A DNA stretch of 64,000 nt from Dipteris shenzhenensis. Lineage: Eukaryota. Location of the stretch: NCBI GenBank assembly GCA_047967505.1, contig CM106538.1; one strand, 5' to 3'. The notes under the pieces are model-generated. The model was not told where the DNA came from. It ran no database searches and was given only the letters and a program-made list of their open reading frames with translations. A program made the translations under genes and the position numbers. Shown piece by piece: positions 1-11,459 of the stretch (position 1 is the first letter of the stretch; every line of letters begins with the position of its first letter).

Positions 1-526
1 TGAAAAATCAGTACGAGATCACGAATAAGACATGGATTCAAAATCTGGAGACTCAACTCATGAACGAGAAACTGTCTGAGTCTGAAACGACAGAGAATGT
101 AAGGTCTTTCCACATATTCTTAAGAATGAAAATTTTGGCCTTATGTTGGCAAGTCTATGGAATGAGGTAAGGCCAAAGTCTCTGGTACGGTGCATTAGGT
201 CTTGATTAATTCTTCTTTAGGCTTAAATATTTAATGCATTAACTTCACGACTATTATTTATGCTTGAACTTGTAATGTATTAATTTCATGACTTAGGATT
301 TTATGAAGTTATATCTAAAATGTCCCAAATTTAATGGAAATTAATATCCTACATAACACAACAAAGTATTATCATATCCTTTCCCAAAATCAATGCTACC
401 TAGCAACTCTCCTGGCATTTTCACTGCCTTGCATTTGAGTTAGCTATGATGAAAAATGTTGCCTGCCTTTGGAATCTCTTAGAGTTACCGTTAGCATGAT
501 CTAATTTCATGTACCCCAAAACTTGA

Positions 527-1012
527 GACTTGGAGATTCCCATATCACACCAGCGGTAGCTATCTTGTCCACTCTCAATGCTAGTAAGAGCTAGGCCCCA
601 TAGACCGATAAAAGAAGTCCTTTTAGAGGTTCAATTTTTTCCCTCCGTCTTCTGCAGGCCCCATGATAAAATAGGATATATTCATCACCCTATATTTAAT
701 GCAAGAATTGACACAACTTTTTTGGACTTGACTATGTAGTTTACATCTCAAACTTGGTGCTAAAATTGTAGACTGGGAGATTCCCATATCACACCAACGG
801 TAGCTATCTTGTCCACTCTCAAGACTAGTAAGAGACGGTCCCCATAGACCGGTAAAAGAAGTCTTTTTGGAGGTTCAATTTTTTGCATCCGTCTTCTCCG
901 GTCCCATGACGGAATAGGATATATTCACCACCCTACATTTAATGCAAGAATTGAAAACTTTTTTTCGACATGACTATGCAGCTTACATCCCAAAATTGGT
1001 GCTAAAATTGCA
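527..1012. repeat. Two-copy tandem duplication, period ~244 bp
   Basis: GACT(T/G)GGAGATTCCCATATCACACCA...GGTGCTAAAATTG starts at 527 and again at 771; the copies are colinear with scattered substitutions. Confidence 0.9.
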
Positions 1013-1111
1013 TACCAGGCATCTCCATTTGCCGGGGTGGTGTCCCTAGCAACCCCTTGGACTTGCTCTATTTGTCTAGTTGTGTCTCTCCACAAAAATC
1101 GGAGTGGAGCC

Positions 1112-1871
1112 TATTTTCCCCATCTAGTAAAACTATATGCATCAATATGTATGTATGTATGCATGCATGCATGCATCCATGTATGTATGTACACACACAC
1201 ACACATGTATGTATGTATGTGTACTAAAACTACTAAAACTATATGCATCAAATAATGTTGTTGATCAATTTTTGGCATACCCCACCAAAATCAAGACCCC
1301 CATTGCAAAGAAAGGTAAGGAACACAAGTGCTTGTTCTTATGCTCATGAGACAACAAAATGCAAGACATAGGCAACCAATGGGGTCTTACTTTTGATGTT
1401 TGTATGTATGTATGTATATATGTATGTACATACATACATGCATACATATGTTGCCAATGGGGTCCTAGTTTTGAGGCCTAAATGCATGAAATAGACAGCG
1501 CGTTAACGCGCTCCCTATTTTAGGAATTTAGGCCCTAAAAGTAGTACCCCGTATCTTTGGACGTGCATATCCAAATGGGGTCATGTCATATATCAAATAG
1601 AATCCATGGCAAGATCCAATTTAGATGGTTTTCATGTCCATTTTCTCCATCAACTAAAACTATATTCATCAAATTATGTTGTTGATCAATTTTTGGCATA
1701 CCCCCCAAAAATCAAGACTCCCATTGCAAAGAAAGGTAAAGAACACAAGTGCTTGTTCTTATGCTCATGAGACAACAAAATGCATGACATGGGAAACCAA
1801 TGGGGTCTTACTTTTGATGTTTGTATGTATGTATGTATGTATATATATGCAGGTACATACATACATACATC

Positions 1872-1907
<36 letters not shown>

Positions 1908-2581
1908 TATGTTGATGCATATATGTATATATTGATGTATATATTGATGCATACAATTTTGATATATGGAGAAAATAGACATGAAAATCATCTAAATTGG
2001 CTCTTGCCATTTGATTTGATATATGACATGACCCCATTTGGATTTGTAAGTCCAAAGATACGGGGTCCTACTTTTAGGGCCTGAATGCTTGAAATAGGCA
2101 GCGCGTTAACGCGCTGCCTATTTCATGCATTTAGGCCTCAAAAGTAGGACCCAATTGGCAACACAATGGGATCCTACTTTTGAGGCCTAAATGCATGAAA
2201 TAGGGAGTGCGTTAACGCGCTGCCTATTTTAGGCATTTAGGCCCTAAAAGTAGCACCCCGCATATTTGGACTTGCATATCCAAATGGGGTCATGTCATAT
2301 ATCAAATCGAATGGCAAGATCCAATTTAGATGGTTTTCATGTCCATTTTCTCCATCAACTAAAACGATATTCATCAAATAATGTTGTTTATCAATTTTTA
2401 GCATACCTCCCCCAAAATCAAGTCCCCCATTGCAAAGAAAGGTAAGGAACACAAGTGCTTGTTCTTATGCTCATGAGACAACAAAATGCATGAAATAGGC
2501 AACCAATGGGGTCCTAATTTTGCTGTATGTATGTAATTATGTATATACGTATGTATATACATACATATATACCTATATGTG

Positions 2582-2627
<46 letters not shown>

Positions 2628-2655
2628 TGTGTATGTATGTATGTATGTATGTATG

Positions 2656-2724
<69 letters not shown>

Positions 2725-3378
2725 ATATGTTGATGTATATATGTATATATTGATGCATATAATTTTGATATATGGAGAAAATGGACATGAAAACCATCTA
2801 AATTGGCTCTTGTCGTTCGATTTGATATATGACATGATCCCATTTGGATTTGTAAGTCCAAAGATATGGGGTCCTACTTTTAGGGCCTGAATGCCTAAAA
2901 TAGGCAGCGCATTAACGCGCTACCTATTTCATGCATTTAGGCCTCAAAAGTAGGACCCCATTGGCAACACAATGGGGTCCTAGTTTTGAGGCCTAAATGC
3001 ATGAAATAGACAGCGCGTTAACGCGCTGCCTATTTTAGGGATTCAGGCCCTAAAAGTAGTACCCCGTATCTTTGGACTTGCATATCCAAATGGGGTCATG
3101 TCATATATCAAATCGAATGGCAAGATCCAATTTAGATGGTTTGCATGTCCATTTTCTCCATCAACTAAAACTATATTCATCAAATAATGTTGTTGATCAA
3201 TTTTTGGCATACCCCCCCAAAATCAAGACCCCCATTGCAAAGAAAGGTAAAGACCACAAGTGCTTGTTCTTATGCTCATGAGACAACAAAATGCATGACC
3301 ACGGAAACCAATGGGGTCTTACTTTTGATGTTTGTATGTATGTATGTATATATATGCATGTACATACATACATACATC

Positions 3379-3415
<37 letters not shown>

Positions 3416-4022
3416 ATGTTGATGCATATATGTATATATTGATGCATACAATTTTGATATATGGAGAAAATGGACATGAAAACCATCTAAACTGGCTCTT
3501 GCTGTTTGATTTGATATATGACATGACCCCATTTGGATATGCAAGTCCAAAGATACGGGGTCCTACTTTTAGGGCCTGAATGCCTGAAATAGGCAGCGCG
3601 TTAATGCGCTCCCTATTTCATGCATTTAGGCCTCAAAAGTAGGACCCCATTGGTGTTAGCGCGTTAACGCGCTGCCTATTTCAGGCATTCAGGCCCTAAA
3701 AGTAGGACCCCGTATCTTTGGACTTGCATATCCAAATGGGGTCATGTCATATATCAAATCGAACGGCAAGATCCACTTTAGATGGTTTTCATGTCCATTT
3801 TCTCCATCAACTAAAACTATATTCATCAAATAATGTTGTTGATCAATTTTTGGCATACCCCCCCAAAATCAAGTCCCCCATTGCAAAGAAAGGCAAAGAA
3901 CACAAGTGCTTGTTCTTATGCTCATGAGACAACAAAATGCATGACATGGGAAACCAATGGGGTCTTAGTTTTGATGTTTGTATGTATGTATGTATGTATA
4001 TATATGCATGTACATACATACA

Positions 4023-4088
<66 letters not shown>

Positions 4089-4738
4089 TGTATGTATGTA
4101 TATGTTGATGCATATATGTATATATTGATGTATATATTGATGCATACAATTTTGATATATGGAGAAAATGGTCATGAAAATCATCTAAATTGGCTCTTGT
4201 TGTTTGATTTGATATATGACATGACCCCATTTAGATTTGTAAGTCCAAATATATGGGGTCCTACTTTTAGGGCCTGAATGCCTGAAATAGGCAGCACGTG
4301 TGACACGCTGCCTTTTTCATGCATTTAGGCCTCAAAAGTAGGACCCCATTGTGTTGCCAATGGGGTCCTACTTTTGAGGCCTAAATGCATGAAATAGGCA
4401 GCGCATTAACGCACCGCCTATTTTAGGCATTCAGACCCTAAAAGTAGCACCCTGTATCTTTGGACTTGTATATCCGAGTGGGGTCATGTCATATATCAAA
4501 TCGAATGGCAAGATCCAATTTAGATGGTTTTCATGTCCATTTTCTCCATCAATTAAAACTATATTCATCAAATAATGTTGTTTATCAATTTTTGGCATAC
4601 CCCCCCCCAAAATCAAGACCCCCATTTTGTTGTATGTATGTATGTGTATATGTATGTATATACATACATATATATCTATATGTGTATATATATGTGTGTG
4701 TGTGTGTGTGTTTGTGTGTATACACACACACATGTATG

Positions 4739-4774
<36 letters not shown>

Positions 4775-5455
4775 CATACATATGTATATATTGATGCATA
4801 TATTGATGCATATCTTGATGTATATATTTATGCATATAGTTTTGATTGATGGAGAAAATAGGCATGAAAACCATCTAAATTGGCTCTTGCCGTTCGATTT
4901 GATATAGGACATGATCCCATTGGGATTTGTAAGTCCAAAGATACGGGGTCCTACTTTTAGGGCCTGAATTCCTAAAATAGGTAGCTTGTCAATGTGCTAC
5001 CTATTTCGTGCATTTAGGCCTCAAAAGTAGGACCTCATTTGGTCCTACATGGGGTCCTACTTTTGAGGCCTAAATGTATGAAATAGGCAACGCATTGATG
5101 CGCTGCCTATTTCAGGCATTCAAGCCCTAAAAGTAAGACTCCGTATCTTTGGAATTACAAATCCAAATGGGATCATGTCATACATCAAATCAAATGGCAA
5201 GAGCCAATTTAGATATTTTCATGCCTATTTTATCGATTTAATAAAACTATATGCATCAAATAATGTTGTTTATTAATTTTTGGCATACACCCCCAAAATC
5301 AAGACCCCCATTGGAAAGAAAGGTAAGGAACACAAGTGCTTGTTCTTATGTTCAGGAGACATTAAAAAAGAGGCGTGCTAGCCCAAAAATGGCAGCGCAT
5401 CAATGCGCTATCATTTTTGGATTGGCAGGTCTCTTTTTGTTGTCTCACGAGCATA
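1112..5455. repeat. Tandem array of foldback (long inverted-arm) units with microsatellite cores
   Basis: Units at ~1456-2156, 2165-2962, 2971-3652, 3658-4350 and 4359-5040, plus partial units at both ends. Each has ~200-bp arms that are reverse complements (GTATCTTTGGACTTGCATATCCAAATGGGGTCATGTCATATATC / GATATATGACATGACCCCATTTGGATTTGTAAGTCCAAAGATAC). Each arm ends in a ~90-bp palindrome centred on GCGCGTTAACGCGC. Cores contain (TATG)n/(TACA)n/(TA)n/(TG)n. Confidence 0.9.
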
Positions 5456-5881
5456 CATATGGAGGTTATTATACAATATAACTAAGAAGTAGTATTGAAG
5501 GGCATACATATGGGGCCTCATGATGTCTCTGGATACAGAATATGAGATTGCTTGATGCTTGGATTGCAGCTGGAAATGTTGCGTGGGCAAAGCCACTATA
5601 TGCCTCAAGTGTTGGAAATTGATGTATGGCTCAAGTGCTAGAATGTGCAAATCATGGCCAAAATCAAGACCCCTTAGAGATTCCATGAGGGCTATCCTTT
5701 TACTACTACACACGTCACCTTTAGTCGAGGGCAGAACCATTCGTCATCATAGGCAGCAAGTTCATGGGACCCCATCCCATGATCCAAGGCATTATTCAAA
5801 GACAAAGTATTTTTGACCATTCCCAAATTGAGTTTGCCAATTCCTTATCTGATTGATTTCATTTACTGGACTTGCAATGCT

Positions 5882-5998
5882 TGCAAAGCCCTTGCTTAAG
5901 CTTGAATGAGCCTCTTGATTTTGGGGGTATAATGGTCAAAAATGGCTTAACACGCCCAAAATCAAGAGGCTCATTCAAGCTTAAGCAAGGGATTTGCA
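5882..5998. repeat. Inverted repeat, ~44-bp arms, 29-nt loop
   Basis: TGCAAAGCCCTTGCTTAAGCTTGAATGAGCCTCTTGATTTTGGG (5882-5925) vs CCCAAAATCAAGAGGCTCATTCAAGCTTAAGCAAGGGATTTGCA (5955-5998), one mismatch. Confidence 0.9.
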
Positions 5999-6194
5999 GG
6001 TCTTGTTTTTGGGTGGCAAAAGCACGAAAAATGACAGTGCATTAAGGTGTTGCCATTCTTATGCTTCCCCCCTCCAAAAACAAGACCCCCAAGCTATTCA
6101 TTGGAGACACCAAAATGAGGAGAAGGATGACGTGAGGAGTAGAGGAGCTGGCCAATGAGGGGAGGGACAGCCTTGGAATTGCCAGCAACAAGCA

Positions 6195-6270
6195 TGATGC
6201 AAGGAGGTGAGAAGGCAAAGAAGCAAGGAGGTGAGGAGGTGAGGAAGCAAGGAGGCGAGGAGGCAAGAGG
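6195..6270. repeat. Purine-rich degenerate 9-bp tandem repeat
   Basis: GCAAGGAGG/TGAGAAGGC/AAAGAAGC/AAGGAGGTGAGGAGGTGAGGAAGCAAGGAGG run. Confidence 0.6.
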
Positions 6271-8372
6271 TAGTCTTGAAGGGCAACAAGAGGGTGGAGG
6301 TGGCCGAAAGAGTAAGCAGGAAAGGGAGGGATGGAGATTGCTTGTAGGAAATGCTTGGATTAATGCTACAAATGCCATTTTTTTGTTTGTGTTTTGCAGC
6401 ATGAAATTTTTATGGCATTTTTCTTTTAAAAAATACAACATTGTTGTGATTAATTGCGCTACAAACAACTCAAGCGGTAAAGCACCATGGATTAAAACAA
6501 CAATATACATCACAAATGGATGCATACACTCATATACATCACCGATGGATGCATACACTTATACTCACATCAATTTCCAATATTGTATTAGATGGACCCT
6601 TAGCATATATGTGTGCATAGAAGACCATTTCCTACATTGATCCCTGATTTCATAGTTAAATTATTCCCTTTCTCACATGCTAACATGTGAAGATTTAATG
6701 TACATGCATTATGGGCACATTATATTGCAGTTTATGACTAACTTTTTTTATGAATGCATGATACTTGTATATGTCAAGGAAGGTATATCATCATTTTTGA
6801 ATGACAAGATTACTCTATGCTCCATTTTATCCTATATTAGAAACTATGATCACTAGATATTACATAAATGTATTGCTCCATTATATCCTATACTAAAAAC
6901 TATTTTGACCCAAATACATAATGCCAATTGAGGTTAGTACTCATGACAAGTGATGAAAACAATCTAATGGTATGAATGAGATCTTATAAATTTTGGATAT
7001 ATAATATGGGTACTATGTTGATTGAGCTATTTTTCTAAGGGAATATTTTCAACTTAATTACTAAATACATACTTACAATGGTGACCTGATTCCCATCTAT
7101 ATGTATAATCAAGTTTTACTTTGTGTTAAAAAAAAAGCTTTTGCATAAGGTTAAAATTCGAATAGTATTTATATTTGTTTAGGACTACCCATTGAGCTGG
7201 TTCCTATCCTTATATTGAACATGATAATGTTCATAAAGATTTTATGAATACAAATAGATAGCATTGGCTCTCTTTTTTTAGTGGTTGGGAATGAACCCTA
7301 AAACGACTATGTATTCCCTTATTTGTAGCATGGAAGTGATCATGGTAGAGTGGCATAATCCCTATTTTTCTTTTTTCATAGGTTTTTTTGCTACTCATGG
7401 TTGGCGGATACACCACGGCATAGATCCAAATAGATATTTGGTTTTTTGCTTCAACTTGCTTGACTAGACTTTCCTTGATGATTGTTCGATTGTGCATCAT
7501 GAGTAGCCACTGGCTTAATTGATGCATTAAGTGCAATGTTTTCCTTAAAGTTTTTCATACTACAGGATACAAGTTTGCTTATAGGGGTGGAAATAGAAGC
7601 TTGTTAACGCCTAGTGCATATTTTTCATTAGATGCAGCAGGATACTAGTTACAGAGTGTCAGCCAATTATTTCACTTGAATCATGCTCCTCTTATGCTTG
7701 AGTTTGTGGTCACGTATTGAGTTTAACATAATAGTCTACAGGATACTGGATGAGCATTCAACATAGTGGTTAGATGCATTCATTTCTAGTTCCGATAGAA
7801 CTATCATTCAGACATTGGTCATAATAGAGTCATAATAGAAGTATGGAGGGCTAAAATCCTTTTTTGGCTCCCTAAGTCTTTAAAAGCATGGTATTGTCCA
7901 GATTACATAGGTATTTTCACTAAGCAAAATTAATCCTTATGATGAAAATGTGTTTTTTTTCTTTTGACATAGTTAGTTCTGTTTCCATGTTTTTGGATCG
8001 AATGTATGGATGATCTTCTGCAAGCATAAAAGACATGATATGTATATGTAGCACATGATCATGTTTACATATTTTTAGTCATATATTCTACCTTGTGATC
8101 TATCATTATCTTGCTGTGTGGATGTTCAATCTGAGTAGTGTTTGCTTTTTTTATCATAAATTTTATGTATTGTTATGTCTCTACCTCTCCACAACGACTC
8201 AAATTGATAGTATGGGGATGAAAGATAAGTTAATTGTGAGTTTCAGGCATGACTTCATGGTTGGAATATGTTTAATTTGCTTATGATCACATGAATTGTT
8301 CCAATGATATTGAGGGGAATAAGATGTTGGATGAGGTTCTCGCTCGCTTGAAACCTATTTAATCTTGCTCGC

Positions 8373-10956
8373 TTATTTGGGGCTGCTCGCTTTTCTCCAC
8401 TCACTTTTTGGTAATCCTCCATCAAACCCATCATGTGAGCTGACAAATGACAAAAAACAGAAGGTCTCAGACAAACCCTTTTGTGCACTATCCGATTCAT
8501 GGATAACACCCACAAACCTTCTATGCCAAAATTGAGCCTCTATCATTGCTTCCTTGAGATTTACCATCTCTATCATTGTCATAAATGATAGCAATACATA
8601 CTGTGACGGAGTGGCAATGGTCTCCATCAAGCCACAGAGCAACTTCTTGAAGGCATCCTTATCCCAACACATGGCTTTGGCAGATCCCTCTGAGGTGTCA
8701 AGCACACACAAGCTGATTAGAAGTTGTTCCTTGGAGTGACGTGTTAGAAAGCTCTCCCCCTCCATCTCCATGTTCACTTGAATAATTGTCCAAGGAAAAC
8801 AAGACTGCGATGTAGACTTGTTACCCTCTATTGAACTAATCACCCAATCAACATAGATTGACGCGGCTTCTGGGAAATCAGGTGTGGACTTGCCAACTTG
8901 CAACTTCTCTTTGACCCATGACTCACATGAACCCTTGAAGCTCTGATAAACAATTGAATCAATTTTGAAGTAATTTGCAAGGGTATCCCATGTTTGATGT
9001 TGGGGCAAAAGGTGACGTGAGTTGAACTCCTTAATGAGCACTTCTTTCAAGGCTCTATCATGCTTAATCTCCATTGCCCGTTGAGACATTTCAATGGAGT
9101 CCTTGTCTTTTCTTGACTTGACCAAGACTATTTCTTTAGACTCAATCTCTGCTTGAAGTGCACGTACATCTTCGTCTTCCAATCCTAGCAGACACCTCAT
9201 ATATGTTATTGTAGGATTTCGACCCTCAATATCACCCTGCTTCACCAATGTCAAAATCCTAATCCATTGTTCATAGATGTCATCATCGTATGTGACCATG
9301 TGCGTGTCCTTGGTAGCAAAGTTTGGGCCCATCGATACGCTTGCAACTCCTACAAAATTCTATATAAAAAAATCAAAATCATCTTAGACATTCTTCTAAT
9401 CCAAATCATGTAATAGAGATAATAATGACACTAGTGCGATTCTCCCATTACCATGTCAAAAGCATGACTTGGTAACTAGAAGAATGGCACTAGTGCCATT
9501 CTCACATCAGGGAATTGACACTACTATCATTTCTTTTACAAAGCCATAAACATTCTTGAAATAAAAAATGCATACAAAACAAAGTTTATTACTCACATCC
9601 CAACTTTGTCGATCTTTATGCCCTTTGACAAGGCCTTGGGCTGGTTTCTTTGGTTGTCCGAATGCAATCCACTGCGCCCTTAGTGTTGTAAGATATCGAT
9701 ATATGGTTGATTTTTCAAAACGGTATGTGCCTCCATGTTGGCCATTGATGATATCTTACAACTTGCTTCAACTGGTGCATTGACAACAATTCTTGCCTTC
9801 CTCCATGTATAGAAACCTTTTTGTTGATTGAAGGCTTCTCCACGTGCTTTAGTTATAAACATCCTTGTAGCATAAATCGAATGGTGCCTTGCGAGAATCC
9901 AATAATTATACTCCTTTAACTTTTCCACCTTTATCTCTTCCTTGCACATCGGAGTATTTGTGCCTGTGTGGTAAGGCATAAGATATGCACATGTTGTAGG
10001 AGGTCGTGCATTCATTGCAAAACTCTTGACCAAGTCACTGACATAGCTGAGGGTCAATGTCCTGTACACATATTGGCTTGGTGCTCTAAAGCAATTCATC
10101 ATTGGGATCAACACCTCAAACTCCAAACCAAATGGGAAGTACTCTACGTACTCCATCAAGCCTGTCATACTTGTGTCCTTCCTTTCCAATTTCTTTTGTA
10201 GTGACTTAAAGTCAACATCTGGCTAGATTTTCTTATACAGGATGATAGTTGCTTCAGATGATTTCTCACCTTGTCTTGTTATATGTGTCTCACCACTCCC
10301 CATTGCATCACCTTCACTTCCAGCTCCATCAGTGACTATTCCCGTACCTCCTTGTTTTCCTCCTAAAGTTGTCTTTTTGTCTTTAGCCTCCAGTTTATCC
10401 CCAATGCTTGTTTTTCCATCTGACCTTATTTCCTTCTCACCTATTGTTTCCTCCTCATCGGTCTCTCTAGCCTTCTCTTTCAATGTGTTCTGAGACACTT
10501 GAGAGCTTGATCCCTCAACATCACTTTTCTTGGTTCTTTTCGAAACTTTTCTACTCTTTTTTATATCTTGCTTTATCCCTTTTGTTACCAAATCAAAGCT
10601 CTCTAATATCTGTTGGTTGGTATAATTTTTTGGCTCATTAATCCAACCCCTAGATATCATCGTGTCCTCCCCAGTAGCATTCATCCTCGCATGATCAAGA
10701 CAAGTAGGATCCAATTGATACACATTGCCTCCTAATGTATGAATTTTGAGACAAGGAACGTTGTCTTTCTCGGTATCCTCCATCTCTTTAACTTGTCCAA
10801 CATCTTCAAAAGTTGTTCCTTGGATGTTCACAAAACAATGCACTTTATGGAGTTCTTGGAGTTCGTTATTGTATATATCCAAAAACCATCCTCTTCCAGA
10901 ACTAACTCCATCATAAACTGACACCTCTCGAACTTTCTCTTTCCCTTGCTAGCCAT
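8373..10956 (-). pseudogene. Disrupted two-exon gene (~780 codons restored); putative ParB/Srx-like domain plus possible degenerate N4/N6 DNA methyltransferase-like C-terminal region
   Basis: Three track ORFs (10924-10223, 10189-9680, 9332-8373) join into one reading. ATG at 10956 gives MASKGKEKV if 1 nt is restored. The TAG at 10225-10223 is in frame with the next ORF. A 1-nt frameshift at ~9682 restores LQHLRAQWIAFGQPKKP...SWD. A phase-0 intron 9596-9360 then joins to NFVGVASVSMGPNF. ParB-like: YRTLTLSYVSDLVKSF...YWILARHHSIYA. MTase-like: LLISLCVLDTSEG...WDKDAFKKLL...YVLLSF...SETFCFLSF. Gene structure is well supported; domain identity is by eye only. Confidence 0.7.
9360..9596 (-). other. 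Predicted GT-AG intron (237 bp) of the disrupted gene
   Basis: Donor GAT|GTGAGT at 9596 and T-rich acceptor TTTTTTTATATAG| ending at 9360; splicing keeps the frame; AT-rich. Confidence 0.75.
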
Positions 10957-11162
10957 TCTTGCAATGTTCTGTTAACAAAAGAACCAAGGACACAATGAAA
11001 TGTATAATATAAAATCATAACTGTAGTAGGAAATATTACAACCACAATGCAACTTCTATTAACAAACTAACCAAGGCGAAGCAACTTATATATGCATTAT
11101 GAAAAACTACACCAACACAGTAAGCAAATATACACAATATCAAAGTTAAGATGGTTATAATA

Positions 11163-11392
11163 AAGAATGGTATTCGTGCCATTCTCCAACATAATATGAT
11201 GTTAGAAGAGTGTCACAAATGCCATTGAACACATGGATTGTGGGTTTGTTCAAAACGGCACAAGTGCCATCCTCCGTGAGAGTTTGAGGATAATGCCACT
11301 GGTGCCATCCTCCATGATGTTAAGGAGAATGGTAGAAGTTCAATTCATCACATGGATTGCAGAGAATCAGAGAATGGCACCAGTGCCATTCT
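11163..11392. repeat. Degenerate ~40-bp-spaced copies of the GAATGGCAC-NN-GTGCCATTC palindrome (proto-satellite)
   Basis: Motif copies near 11163, 11208, 11253, 11288, 11326 and a perfect-armed AGAATGGCAC-CA-GTGCCATTCT at 11371-11392. Confidence 0.7.
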
Positions 11393-11459
11393 ACTTATGT
11401 GAAGGTTATCACATGAGAGTTTTCTCACCTGACCTTCTAGAGAAGGGCACTGATGCTAA

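Noticed and set aside
1-104. Possible exon end (…ETTEN|GTAAG)
   Set aside because: There is an in-frame stop, it is too short, and it is cut by the window edge.
1037-4912. YVCM/HTYI-rich ORFs
   Set aside because: They are microsatellite translations inside the foldback units.
6042-7536. ORFs 6155-6640, 6094-6558 and 7231-7536 as genes or transposase remnants
   Set aside because: They are low-complexity or lack any motif I can recognise.
8255-8400. NRFQASENLIQHLI as MTase motif X continuing the disrupted gene
   Set aside because: It needs another frameshift, no FxGxG motif follows, and it overlaps a GCTCGCTT repeat cluster (8342-8392) that looks non-coding. Not used as evidence.
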